A stretch of 64,000 nucleotides of DNA, from NCBI GenBank assembly GCA_040954595.2, contig CM082585.2:5357808-5421807 (forward strand), in the 5' to 3' direction. This stretch comes from Balanoglossus misakiensis (taxonomy: Eukaryota; Animalia; Hemichordata). This document shows positions 48,101 through 61,800 of the stretch, one piece after another. The notes beneath the pieces were generated by a model. It was not told the origin of the DNA, ran no database searches, and saw only the letters and a list, made by a program, of their open reading frames with translations. A program made the translations under genes and the position numbers. Every line of letters starts with the position of its first letter. Position 1 is the stretch's first letter.

Positions 48101-51100
48101 ACAGGTCAAGTGTTTCTTTCCACTGAAGTATGACACAGTAAAAGCATTATTATAATTTCACTGCAATTTAATTTCACTAATTTCGCTGATTGATAGAATC
48201 TGCTAAAATAAATCCTAGTGAAAATTACAATAGAACACGTCATTTTACAGCCGAATCTATAAATTAAAAAAATTAGTAGATGTGCTCCAAACATCAAGAC
48301 ATTGAAATAAATTTAATCCTAGTGAAAATAAAAGCTTGTACATTGAACAGTGTGATGCTATGTGTGTTGTAAAAGTTTGTCATTTAAAGGTACGGGTACT
48401 GTCAGTGTCACCTCTAATTTACATTGCCTATATATGGTCAAAAGGGTGTGTCTAAGCGTTCCAATGACCATGTGGCAGTGCACTCACTGAAAATGTGTGA
48501 TTGGCTAAATTTGATTTTTCCATGGTAACAGTCGTTTAATTTGCATAGGTGACTGTGTATGTGTTTGTACACTGACATGGTGTAGAAATATTGAGCAAAA
48601 TTTGGTAGTTTTATAGTTCTGTTCTATACAGTAATTCCTAATTTTTTTCTCTGTGTGATTTTCTTGCAGCTGAAATTGGACTTTTCTATTTAATCTACTA
48701 CGGATGCTTGGCTGCTTTCTTTGGTTCGCTTATAGCCATCTTCTACTATGGTTTCATCGATCAGGCAGAACCCACGTACACGGACAAGCTCGGCACCCCA
48801 GGTGAGTGCAAGTCCAACACCAGAAACGGCAGACACTACTGTAAAACACTTTATTTTCGCGAGTTAAAATTTTCGCGATATCGAGAGAGGCCACTGTTTC
48901 GCGAGTATTAATTTTCGCGTTCTCTTATTTCATTCACTGCATCGTTATCTTCAAAAAACATTTACGCGATTTTTATTTCCATGCTATTTTGGCTCTCACG
49001 TATTTTGCGAAAATTTATTGCTCGCGAAAATAAAGTGTTTTACAGTATGTCACTGCTAACTTGTAATTTCTCGTACTGCAGTCCCTGACCTTGGCATTGA
49101 AATACACCAGTGCAGTACTACAACAAAGTACTAGGCGTCTGGCACCTATACATGTACACTGTAGCGTAGCATTTCTTGCATGCAGTACTAGTATCAACAA
49201 GTCAGTCAAACGAGGATTAATGAATGAGATTACCTTGTGTGAAGGCATGTGTAACTCACAGTGAACTGCAGTAAATCGAATTGGGGAATGCGTACAATTA
49301 GAAGAAACTTTGAGCCCGTTGATCTGGTATAATGTTATTTTGTTTGCAGTTGAAAAAATTTACATTGTGTTAGGTCTCCATGGGTGGACACTAACAACAT
49401 ACATTTGTAGATATAGTATTAATAGTGTACAGATAAACTATCTTAGCGCAATATCATCAAACAGAAATTGCCTCCTTGTTATGTCATGTAACAAGATTTG
49501 GGCACTTTTGGCCTGTGGTTATGAACTTTGACCCCACTGTCTGACAATATTTGACCGCCTGTATTCTCCCATGTCTGCAGGTATGGCTCACCGTCCCAAG
49601 TACAGGAACGAGGACAACATCGCGTTCAACATCGACAACGAAAACACCTACAATAAGTTTGTCACGGATATTGATGAGCTGCTTGCATGTAAGTGTCCCC
49701 TGCCTTTTTTGTTGCTGTATTCTTTCACCTCCATTTTCCTGTGTAGGAGTCCAACCACGCCACACACCCCTACTCATAAGTCCTAGCGCCCCACACAGCC
49801 ATTATGAATTTGAACTCGGAAGAAAGGCTGACCATGGGAGTTCCCCATCAGCCTTGCTTTGAGTTCAAATTTGTAATGGGTGCTTGAGGGCGCTAGACTT
49901 TAAAAATGGGTGTGTTGGACGTGGCAGGATTGATCCTAAGTGGGAAGTTGATGTGTGAAATTTCTGTGTTGTGAAAGAATATGTTCTCTTGTGCGGTATT
50001 CGATAGGAGAATTGTTTTTATCTGGGATAATAGAGTGGGGATACTTGAATGTGTTTGAATTAACGTCATGTGTGTTTGTTCACTTGAAACCGCAGCATAT
50101 ATGAACCTGAATGACTCGGTGTACGAAAATTGCAAGTCTGGTCCGTCGTACAGTGACAGGTCAAGAATCTGCGCGTTTAACCTTGAAGACCTGGGCGACT
50201 TCTGCACGACCTCAAAGTATGGCTACGACATCGGGCAGCCATGTGTGTACTTTTCACTCAACAAGGTAAGGGATCTGTGTCCGGTTGCATTATTTCGAGC
50301 AAGATTATTGTGATATTGGCATGTTCGACCTTCGTTCGAAAAGCTTCGCAGAGGTTTCAGTCACACATGCGAGGGCAAGCAGTGTAGTTGTATGGTCATG
50401 GATAAAGTCCCCTGTCGCAGGGCTGTGTGTGAAATACTTGCGTTTAACAACTGTCCATGTTTCCATTGCAGGTATGGGGCTGGAGACCACAGGCATACGC
50501 AAACGAGTCGGTACCAGAAAGATTTCTTGACAGATGGGACCCAAATTACATACTCTTCGAGTGTATGGGAAGGGTATGTATATTTTTATTAGCCAAATTT
50601 ACTCCTGTTTCGAGGAGAGTTGGTTTCAGTCCTCCAGCTAATTAAATGGTGCTTCCTGTCTCTCTGTCTGTCTCTCTCCTCTCTCTCCCTCTCTCTCTCT
50701 TTCCCCTCCCTCTCTCCCCCTCACTCTCCCTCTACCCTCTCTCTCCCCCCCCCTTCTCCCCCTCTCTCTGACCTGTTTGTGCATGATTGAACTACTTGCT
50801 CTGCAGTGTATAATTAAATGCCGTCTCGTTTTCCCTCCTCACAGAAAGACAAGGATAAAAAGAACATTGGAGAGTTAGAGTTCTACCCCGCAGCCGGCGT
50901 GGACTTCAAGTATTACCCGTACGTCGGCGACACGGACAAGAACTCGCACTACCGCGTCCACTACCTGACCCCCGTCGTGGCCATGCGCTTCAAGAACATC
51001 ACCCGGGACGCCACGGTGCGCATGGACTGCTACGCCCGCGCCCGCAACATGGAGTACGGCGAGTTCGAGGGCCACGTGGAGTTCATGGTGAGGGTGAACT

Positions 51101-51309
51101 CGCCCGTCAAGTCGCCCATCCCCGACCCCACGGCCGAGCCCACGGCCGCCACCTACAAAGCGCCAACTGCATCAGCAGCAGCGAAGACAACCGCGGGATC
51201 CCAGGTGACAGCTGCGGCCGCCGCAGCCACCCAACAGCCGACCGCGGCGCAGTTGAAAACGACCGTCACGATGGCGGCGGCCACCGCCGGGCCAACCGCT
51301 AGGAAGTAA
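42133..51309 (+). CDS. ATP1B: Na+/K+-ATPase beta subunit, 6 exons, with C-terminal Ala/Thr/Pro-rich extension
   Basis: Exons 42133-42280, 48670-48801, 49581-49688, 50096-50265, 50472-50573 and 50845-51309 have consistent phases. Motifs FMWNSEQKAFMGRNARSW, FYLIYYGCLAAFF, YGYDIGQPCVYFSLNKVWGWRP, YYPY, YLTPVVAMRF and CYARARN; all six ectodomain Cys are present. Confidence 0.95.
45763..46670. mobile_element. 908-bp non-autonomous hAT-like element with 14-bp TIR and 5-bp TSD
   Basis: cagggttctccacg ... cgtggagaaccctg, flanked by tggtc on both sides; subterminal aggggcgg repeats; no transposase ORF. Confidence 0.8.
48384..48560. mobile_element. MITE family A, degenerate copy
   Basis: Colinear with 35770-35967 (aatttacat..tatatgg..cactgaaaat.tgtgattggcta..cataggtgactgt). 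Confidence 0.7.
48837..49047. mobile_element. TA-flanked MITE, family B, copy 2, with perfect 27-bp inverted ends
   Basis: tactgtaaaacactttattttcgcgag ... ctcgcgaaaataaagtgttttacagta. Confidence 0.9.
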
Positions 51310-54032
51310 TTCTGACCCCAAGTTTATCAGGAAGCAAGGTTTTTTTTATAGAAATAGAAAATCTTTAAAAAACCCACTGTATATATGGTGCGTGTATTCT
51401 GTATATCTGAAATGCGAGAAGAAAAAAAAATTCCTGTACATGAAAGTGCTGTGTTAATAATTACTGTTGTGATTTGCTACGATTAGGTACTTTGGTGTTT
51501 ATTTGAAACCTTGTCGTCTGATAAACTTGATTTCTTCTATGTATTTTTGAAGTTGACTCTTTGCTTTTAGTTTTAACAGAATTAGTTAACAAATTGCTCT
51601 CATCATTCAGGTGATATCTTCATTGTAACTCCCCAGTGGCACACTGCATAAGGGCTTGGCCCCCCTCAGTTAGAATACACACCCCTTTGTTTAAATGGAA
51701 TAGTCTGTTTCATACACAACCCCGGAGGCTGCTGAGATTAGAAAGTTGGTTTCAGGCTGTGGGCATTTTACTATTGTGAGAGCTGATTTCAGTCCTAAAA
51801 ATTTGGGCATTGTGAGGTGGTTGGGATGCGTTTGAGTTTTATTTATAACAGGAAAATGGCCGCTGCAACAAATAATTTACAGAAGTACAAATTACATGGA
51901 AGGAAAGACAACCCATGAAAATCAAGCCATCAAAATAACCAAGCATTTCTACGATAATGCATTGGATCTGGCATACTTCTAGCTGAATCCAAATCGGTGA
52001 TAATTCCCTAACTCTCGGATGTTGTACGCCAAATTTTGGGTTCCTGAATGATATCATAGTCGTCAAGCCCCCCTACACCTTTGCATCATTCCTTTCTCAA
52101 GTGGAGCTCAGATTTTAGTTGTTAAAATTAGAGTTCATTTATCATTACTGTTTTAAAAACCTGAAGTGATTTTATTGTTTTCTCGATTAAACATTTTTCA
52201 ATTTTTTTCTGACCAAACCCTTGATGCCAGTGCCATGGTTATTTTTTTTCTTCGATTAATGTGATGTGTCGTGAAGAGTTTTTAACCATCATGAATGGAA
52301 AGGTCTTGCTTGCTGTAATTTTATGCAAAAAAAAAATTAAGATGAAATTGTAAAATTAGAAGTTCTAGATTTGTATACTGCTGTATTCCTCAACAGTTCC
52401 CTAAAATTCAGATGTGCGATTTTTTCTTGCTGTATGATTGACTGCTGTTTAATCAACTCTGGTTGTAATTTTCTCAATTTTGTTGTTCCAATTTTCACTC
52501 GTGCTTCTAGCTCATGTACGTGTACATTTGCAAAGCAAAAAAAAAAGAGAAATAGAGTAAATGGCCTGTCAGCTGCCTGACGAAACAAGACTCAACTTAG
52601 GCCCAGGGTATCTCATAGGGCTTTACACGCGTACAACCAAGTTTTTGGTTGTGAGGAAGTAGTTACCACTTGCAGTGAAAATGTTTTAGAAATACAAAAT
52701 GTGACAAGGTATTTAAAAACAATTAACTCTGGCAGAAATTTTCACTGAATATTCGAACAACACCGTCCCCCACCCCACACCCAATTATAGTGTCATCAGG
52801 GCTACAAACAATAGATGCCCCTGAACTTAAAATACATTGTCACTGGGTGTGTCCATTGTGTTTTGGAGGTGTCACCCTTTTCATTCATGTGTCCCCCATG
52901 TATTGGTGCAGTCTATTCACAAACCACAGAAGTGGACCAAATGATTGCGGTGGTAGGGGTGTGGGATTTTGGGCGTGTAAGTTTTTGACCATGTGATCAA
53001 AAGGTTGTTGTGTAGCAACTTTAAGAAAATGGCATTCAAGTTGACCATGCAAAGGGCGCCCCCAACATTTGACATTGCTGCTCTTTTCCACGGGTCAGTC
53101 ACAACTACCAGAGTCACTGTACACTCAGTATTTTTTTACAGTGAGCAATAATTGTTGCATTTTAACGGTTCTAGGAGTGTCACCTCCTGGACGTTTACCT
53201 ACCAGGCAGGTGCCACACCTACCTGTGGGGTTGGAAATGTCTGAATGGTAAATGCCACAGGGGGTGACCACCTTGATACCATTTTAACTGAATGCACACC
53301 CATTTATTTTATACCTTCTACGATGGAACGTTTAAAACTGAAGTTTTGTTAATGAATTTGCCCCTGTAGAATAATAAAAATAAAATTCACGAAAAAGAAA
53401 AAAAATGTGTCATTCATTAGCCAGGTTTTTCGAGTGTGTAAGTTTGTGTGTGGGCTTATTTGAGGTGTTCTGCGACTTATTCAGGATTTGTCAAGGGTAG
53501 AACATTACACATTATGTGTAGTACATGTACATACAAAAAAGCGAAACTGTTTTTAACTATGAAGACCTAAGAGGACTAAACCAAGGAGGTGAAAGTGTAA
53601 AACCTTTGCAACTCTTTGTGACCGTTGGCATTATTGGGAGGTTTCTTCCGAGCCAGGTTCAAAGGGAAATTGCACAGAAAACCGACTTGGACTTCGCCAT
53701 GGTCGACATTTACCACAAGATTCTTTTGTTTTAATCTTCAAATATACACATTTGGCCATAGGGGGCGCTATTTCAAGATGCCTTTGATGGTAGTGGTGAT
53801 AAGGCGTGGTTGCGCTCCTTCCACAGATGGGCCGAGGTTACGCGATTCAAACCTACAGATCATAGAAGAGTTCGTAGGAAATTGGGAGAAATGTTGATTC
53901 CGATATAGACTTATAGGTGATAATACATGCGGGGACTTTAAGCATCCTCCAAAATTGGCTTACGAGTATAGCACAATCAGACCATGATAATTAAACCCAA
54001 TCAAATCCGTCTTTCGAGTCCACTTTTTCACA

Positions 54033-54048
54033 TGACGTCAACTTGAGT

Positions 54049-54089
<41 letters not shown>

Positions 54090-54095
54090 TCCCTC

Positions 54096-54128
<33 letters not shown>

Positions 54129-54976
54129 GTTTAGGTTCAGTTTAGTTTTATATCTGGTTTTAGAACTTCAATCTTCGTGGAGTGGACCCCATCTCCGTGA
54201 CAGGAAGAATTTAGTCATCCGGGGGAAAAAAGGTACTGAAATAAAAAGGGCTGTTCGACCATGCTTTCGGATCAAGAGGTTATTTATTGATGTCAACGCA
54301 GTAAAGGACGGTTTGCAAAGATTTACGATTATCGATTGGTGTTTAATCCTTGATAAGAATTCCGAAAGAAAGACCACCATCGATCAGTCAAAGCCATTTC
54401 AGGCGGCGGGATACGTATTGATATTTTATGTCTATCCGTTCCGTTTAAGAAAGTTGTGGGGAATTTTAAACATGAAAATATATTTACATGTAACAAACAT
54501 CGTGACGTCAACTAACTCTTTTTACTTTTCTGTGAAATCAGAAAAAAAATCGATTTCGCGACTCAGAATTTGTTCCCGCTAAACGTTAACTTATAACTTT
54601 CTGATTTTGACTCCATGATTGATTGTAATATTATATTGTCACAATAAAGTCTGAAAGATTGGGTCAATGACACTCTCAGTAAATGTAGTGTTAACTTTCA
54701 GCTTCAGTTTCCATTCAGCCTTGGAGGACAGTGAATTATGTGATTCAGAAGACATTTGTCAACGATTAACTGACGTTAGACCCCGCATATACATGTAGAC
54801 CTTTTTGTGGGGTGGTACAACTTCGTAAAGTTGCTGGCAGCTAAGGGATTAACCATATCAGCCCGCGGGAGGGACTTGTTTGATGAAATTGCAATGTTTC
54901 TATATAGGACTAGGCCTATATGCCCCGCTTTTGACTTCGTTTAGAATTTCGTATTCTTCGCTATCAAATGACGTCA
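54033..54976. promoter_or_regulatory. Three full CRE palindromes TGACGTCA upstream of the gene at 55692
   Basis: Sites at 54033, 54503 and 54969. Confidence 0.4.
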
Positions 54977-55550
54977 GACGCGCTCAGGCGGCAGTTATGT
55001 TCGCATTCAAATTTCCAGATGACGGGCAACTTCAGCAACGTGGACTTACGTGGTGCAGACAAAGACTGTGCAGATGAAATGCAATGAGGCTGATGAGGCA
55101 ACATACCCGATACATGTTATGTGTCTGGCGGTTCTAAAGTAAAAACATACTCGGAAAAACTTTTACTGGATGCCGAAATATTGCTTGCCCGTCATCTGGA
55201 AATGACTGCGCCATGGGACGCATTGCCAGATCACGTGATTGATAGTAAAGAATTGTTCTCGCCTGCTGTTGCTGTCGCCTCTCTACGTGACGAGAACAGC
55301 CAAAATCACTCTCATGAAACTGTTTTGGGTAATTTGGTAATATTTAGAAAGAAAAGAAATGTGATCACACGTTCGAAAAAATGCATGCTTTCGTAACAAT
55401 TTTCTCCAGCCCTATATTTTTTGTTGTGAACAAAAATCTCGGCAAACAGGACAGACGCGACGCGGCATCAAATCTTGGTAGCGGTTCTCAGACCAGCAAA
55501 ATTTTATATTGCTGAAAAAAATTAACACATTTGACAAGGGGTGAATATTT

Positions 55551-55552
<2 letters not shown>

Positions 55553-55596
<44 letters not shown>
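55553..55596 (+). repeat. (ATC)n microsatellite in the proximal promoter
   Basis: Directly visible. Confidence 0.95.
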
Positions 55597-55691
55597 TCGC
55601 TCGTCGATAGGCGGGCAACGCAACCAGTACCGGATGCGGCTCCTCCCGAACGACGATAACTTGGAATGATCCACACTCACACACAATCAAG

Positions 55692-55862
55692 ATGGCGGCC
55701 TCGGACAAGATGCCCAAATCGGGCCCAGGTTCGCCGGTGTCCATGGAAAAACTTCCCGGTCGGAGCGGTTCCGTGGAAGAGTCGTCGGACAGTGAAGGGG
55801 AGGTCGAGGTATCGAAACAGTTCACTCGCAGGGTGTCGACGTCGAAACAGCTGAAAAATAAG
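55692..55862 (+). CDS. First coding exon of an unidentified gene; the intron runs past the window end
   Basis: Strong start context caagATGGCGGCC (also a YY1 motif) in a CpG-rich patch. MAASDKMPKSGPGSPVSMEKLPGRSGSVEESSDSEGEVEVSKQFTRRVSTSKQLKNK is followed by the donor AAG|GTGAGT. No further exon was recognised. Confidence 0.7.
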
Positions 55863-58800
55863 GTGAGTTGTTAAGGAAGTTGAACGTCGTCGCCTCAGCT
55901 TCGCCGAGTTTAAAAAGCTTTCAAAATGAATGGCCCAGATCCGTCGGCAAGTGTCGATTGAATTATAAATAATGGAGCCCGGTTAGAGCTTCTGACTGAG
56001 AAGTATTACTTCGTTTTCGGAGAAGAGAGTCAGGCCAACTTTTCAATTTGTATCGCGACCAGCAAAATTCTCTCTGCAGTTGACTTATATTTGAGGGAAC
56101 GTGAATGGAACGTAGGTGTGTACGTTTTACAGCGGCGCAGAGTGCAGCTCTGGCCGCGGCGTGTGAATGCAACAACCGCACAGAAAGATTTGGCGTACGT
56201 GCTTCAATCTCCGCCGCGCCACTGCTTCACGGCGCACAGGTTTAATACATCGATCGATTGGTCGATATTTTTTCTGATAAATGTTTTTCATTGTAATACG
56301 AGGTCACAAGCAGTGAAGACTGTACGTGACGACAGAAACACCCGGTAGCCTATAGCTCAGCGGGTTTCGTTGTTATCACGGATGGCCACCCGCACGACAA
56401 GTTGTTTAGCTGGGCACACATAGACTTGATCGAAATTTAATAAACTCTTCGTCAGGTAGCTTATAGTACATCTTAACAAGGTGGTCTATAAAGAGAAATA
56501 AACTTCACCAAAAATATTTGGAGCCAAACTGACTATCATTCCCTTGACGGTGTAATTCAAATGTTACTATGTGTCGTGACAGTACGTATTTCTCGAATTA
56601 TTAGCGATACAAATTTTATGTGTATTTTTATTGGTGTACCATTAAAAGTCAGAAAGACGTTTCTCCTGGATGGTCGAGGGCATGTCTTTTCAAAACAAAG
56701 GCCAACTTTTATTTCTGTTACCCATTACTTTCCTTTAAAACCAAAATGATTCTATGATAATTGAATTTTTTTTAAAAAGTGGAATAGGTCAAACTGATTT
56801 AAAAATGAATATTTTATGAGAAAATGGTATAATGGCCGTCTTCATTTCCATTTTCAATTTCATGTGTCAATCTACCAAGATAAAAATGATGCTTCCTTCC
56901 TGTGTGGACAAAAATAACTTTATAGGATATTCAGTATTAAAAAGATCAAGTTAAATATCTCATATTTTACACCGAATAGACAACATATGCAGCAGATTTG
57001 TCTTCATTTCCGTTGTGCTGTCCAATTATACTAAAGGGATGCTCTTCAGTATTTCAATATTTGTGCAAATTTCTGCCCATTATGTGAAATTGAAAGGAGG
57101 TCTTTCTGGTACAAATAGTCACTGTGAGTGGGCACTGTTCAATGTCAGATCATTCAACCATTAAAAACCTATAAATATCGCCTGATGAAGATAGTGATAT
57201 GATACTCTTCTCAGATTGCTCTGGAGATAATATAATCTTCTGCAATTAATCTGGCGCACAGAAAAAACGTTCATATATAATATTTTATTACTGAAAATGA
57301 GAAAAATAAAGAATGCGCTCTTTTAATGACTGGAATATATGTTGAATGATTCTCGAGAGAGCATTTTTATGATGAAAAAAATGTTCACTGCACAATCTTA
57401 AAAATCTGCATTTTCAATTAAGGATTTTTTTAGTCAATTTGACATGAACTATAGTTTGAATCATAGTTGTCCTATGCATTGTAGGTTAGTACTTTGTCCC
57501 AAATTTCCATGGAAAATTGAATATGAACAGATTCAAATCCCAGCATCATTTAATTATTTATTATTCTTAAATATTAAAAACTGAAATGTGTTATAGGTGA
57601 ATCTTTGAAGAGTTTTCTTTGCTTGTCCTCTGTCGTGATATTAGGTTGTCAGTTATTCCCTCAACTGCCCTGGGGGTACAAAAACTCACATGCTAATTAA
57701 AATCTTGCAGTGGTGTGTCTGGTCTTCACAACCATCCTTTTTGCTTGTTTACGGCAAATTCTGTGCATTGGAAACATAAACTGTTGTTATGGGGGTGTTA
57801 TTGACTAGGCAAAGTTGACAGAGCTGTCTTTCTGGCACATCAACACTATGATCCCTCAGTCAAGTGTTTGGATATCATTTGAAGGAGAGATACTGGCTTT
57901 TTTTAACAGCTTTGACACTCAATCTGTTGCCGGGATCATTTCTGTTACATACTCGGATCACTGTGTATTGTTTTGTAGCCCAGTATTTAAGGCTGCGTTC
58001 ACAAAAAATAGGCAAGGGGGGGGGGGGGGGTTTCGGATAAAAATCGTTAAACATGTAGGCCCTCACCCCCATCCCCCATCCCCGCCTGCATTGTCAAATA
58101 TGTTCAAGTGTGGAACCTATCCACCAACATGGTTTGGTCCAAGTCTATTTTCTCTGATAAATTTGGGCCCCTACAGAGTGAAACTAAGTTAATGGCCTAG
58201 ACCCCTGCACATATAATAATTATACAACTTCATCAGTTCCAGGAACCAGAAAAAATAATTGTTCCACTGGTGTATAATTTCCTCATTATTAGCATTTTAA
58301 TAAATTATGAGTCATTGAAATAACTTTTCCTTAATTAGTAATGATGCCAACATGAATAATGTGCATAATTACTTCAGGCTGTATCATAATTAGTTTAATG
58401 CCCTCATAATTATTTCAAGAGCATGAGGGTATCATAATTAGTGTAATGCCAGTCTAAAATTAATACAAATTTTATAGTGTAGAGTGCAACAACCTTTTAT
58501 TCTGTGAATATGAAAAATATACTTTAGACAGAATGCACTGAATAATTTTATCAACTATCTTCTGGTTTCTAGCAGCAGTAAGATAATTGTTTTACATATT
58601 GTGAACTATTTTTGGGAAAAATATTTGTGATAAATGTGAAATTTTTGCATAGAAGATGAATTTTATGGCAGTAATTTTGAAGGAAAAAACAAAACTGATG
58701 CCTTGTTGAGTGTCAACAGTGAGTGTGATGTAGGTGAAGTCTTGTGATCGATTCCCCAGGGTTGCGTTGCGTGCGACATCTTGACCAGGTGGTCCTGGAT

Positions 58801-61800
58801 GGCAGATTATGCTCCGTAATTGGCTGGCATTGCATAACACCACTCATCACCAATCCAATAATTTCAAGGTTTTCTGTGGTGTCATGTGGTTTGATGACAG
58901 GGGATGTACGACTTGGTAACATCGAAAGTTTTGACTGTTCTTTTTAATTGTGGATTTTTGAGTTTCTCCTTTGTAAGCATAAGAAAAACCTGTAATAAAA
59001 TATAGGGGTCACCTTGCTTAATGTTATTGAAATACAAGGCCGTAAATTTAGTCAATAGTGAAGAAAACTGCTGAATCAGCATTTTTTCACCAATGTCGGT
59101 ATGTCGGTGGGCAAAAATATTTGATTGTAGTTTATCTCACAATAGAGTGAGGAGACCATGTGATTTTCAAGACGAAAAAAAGAAAATTTACTGGAACATT
59201 GCATATTGAGGAAAAAAGTTAAAAAAAAAGCGACTTGTCAGGAAAGTTCCTGGAAATATTGCGTTTGAGACTGTCAGCTATTTGTCACAAAGATTGGTAG
59301 CAGAGTCATGATTTAGTGTCAGTACCATGTTGGTTTGATTTTTGACCTGACCTAAGACGGCTATAAAACTTTCAGACGAACGACAAAATTGCATAGAGAA
59401 GCGTAACGGCAGCCGAAGTCCGTGCATTCCTGTCTGTGCGATGCCCCCTCGTAAATGACAACTGACAGCAGAACTTATAAAAATAGGGAAATATTTTTAC
59501 GGCTGTGTCATGTTATTTAATTATCTGCGAAACCTTGGGCTTTATGCAGTGTTGCAGCATTCCTCAGCAATTGTTAAATTTACACCGAAGTGGTTAAAAG
59601 AAGATCGCAGCTCGTCCGGTGTTCGCGCCGAGACTTCGGAAGTAGAGTTATGCCGTGTGAACAGTTTCAGGAGTGTTCCCATTGTCTTGAGCACGAGATT
59701 TGGTCAAAGTTTCTGATATTTGGTTCTTATTGCCGTTTGACAAGGTTTCTTTGTGCCGTTTCGAGAAGTGAAACATGGCCAATACTGTTAGTGTTAACAT
59801 TTGAATTTTAGTCCAGTACAACTGAATTATCACAATAACACTGCTGGATATATGCATATAGGCTGCATAGTGCATTGACAAGCTGAACACACCAAGCATA
59901 TCAACATGCAGAACAAGATACATGTACTGTAGTGGATATCTTCTCCCACCTCCCATCCATCAAAATCCATCAACTGATTGCCATGGCCCATGGGTGGTTT
60001 AAAATATAATCCAGTGTGAGGATAATTAGCTCGATTCATCATAATAATTGTTTTCCGATGATATCGTGATAAATAGACTAATCTGGCACAAGTTGCTGTA
60101 ATCAGGAAGCTTACACTGTTACAGTATGCCGCTAATGACAGCCCTTGGTTAGGAGTACATGTACAGAAACCCAAATGTGGTCAGTGTGCTGGGGTATTTT
60201 TTGTTTCTGTGCATTTATTTCCAGTGTCTGACTAAAGGATTCACTGATGAAAGCAACATTCTTAGTCATACAGCTGTTTATATTCACAGCAGCATGTACT
60301 TAATAATAAAGTATAATACTAGTGCTAGCTTTGCACCACCATCTCTTGCATTAAAGATTTAGTGATCTCTCAGGCAAATAAAGCATTGTGTTCATTGTCC
60401 CCATATAGTAATCACAGTTGTATCTTCACTGAGTATTATGATTTTATGAGGTGTGACAGTGTGTGCAGATGTCGGATTGAGGACAAGGTCACCTTGGGTA
60501 AACCTTTCCTTTGGTTGAATGGCTGTTTTGCTTCTCACGGCCGCCTGTGCGGAGGCGTACTGTGTTTTTGTCTCTGTTATGTTGCGATACTAAGCGTGTT
60601 TATCGTGCCAGTATGGTTAGAAGCAGCAGCGATATTCCATGTGTAGACTAGTCCGTATTTGTGGAGACGCCACTCGGAACGTGAATTCAAGTGAAGGTGA
60701 ATGCGCTTTGGTGGAGAAGTCTCGCCAGAAAGCTGACTGCTGATTTTAGTATTTTGCAGTTGCAGTGCGGGCAATGAAAACAGAGTCCATGGTCTGATAC
60801 TGAGCTTTTTCCCCCAAGACCCAAGACCTCTCTTTCCTTACCCCTCTTTCCCTTTCCCGTTCTCTCCCCCTCTCTTCCCCCCCTCTTCTCTCTCAGTCTC
60901 CCCCTCTCTTCCCCCCTCTTCTCTCTCAGTCTCACTCTCTCTTCCCCCCCCCAAAACCTCTCTCTTGACATGACAAAAAAGGCAAGGTCATGTGCACTTC
61001 TACGGGACACATCTCGTGTGTACAGTATTTGAAAGGACAAAAGCTGCCATATGCAGCATTGTATTGAGTTGTTTCACACGTTAGCTCATCATACTCTGCC
61101 CCCATTTTATTCTAATATTGGTAAAAGATGTTGCATCAGTTGTCATTGTGGCTGCGTGCACGCCCTGCCTGCAACCGTAACCTGTAAATATTTCGATGAC
61201 AAAATTTATTGCTCACAAATGGAATTTATGCAACGTTTACTATGTGCAAACACACGATTTGTGCAGATATGGAGGGAAAAGCTACAAGAAAAGCTACGGT
61301 AATTTTCTATCTCATATTTAAAATAGCAGAAGTGATGTCAGCTTTGTCTCTTTATTAATTATGTGTATTGTGGAAATGACTGTTATACCTTGGCACAGTT
61401 CCCTTTTTGTGTCTGAGTGTGTGGTGATAATTTTTGCTATTATATGAGGTCAATTGTATGGTGCTATTGGGTTGTGGGAATTGTCCAGTTTCAATCATGT
61501 GAGTGAGTGTGTGAGTGAGCTAGCAAGCAAGCAGACTAAGTGAGTGAGTGAGTGAGAGTGGATAGGCGTGTTTGAGCAAGCATACTTGAAAGTGAGTGAG
61601 TGAGTTAGTTAGTTTACAGTGAGTGAGTTTAAGCACACTATGGATTAGGGATGAGATGCCTATAATCAAAAGGGATTTTCCGTCTAATTTATGTTCTAAA
61701 ATATGTTGCTTTCCATTGACACTTTCGCCCCCCACCCCTCTGTTTCCCTGTGGAGAGATCCACCAATCCCATACTGGAATGATGAACTAGGATCAAACCA

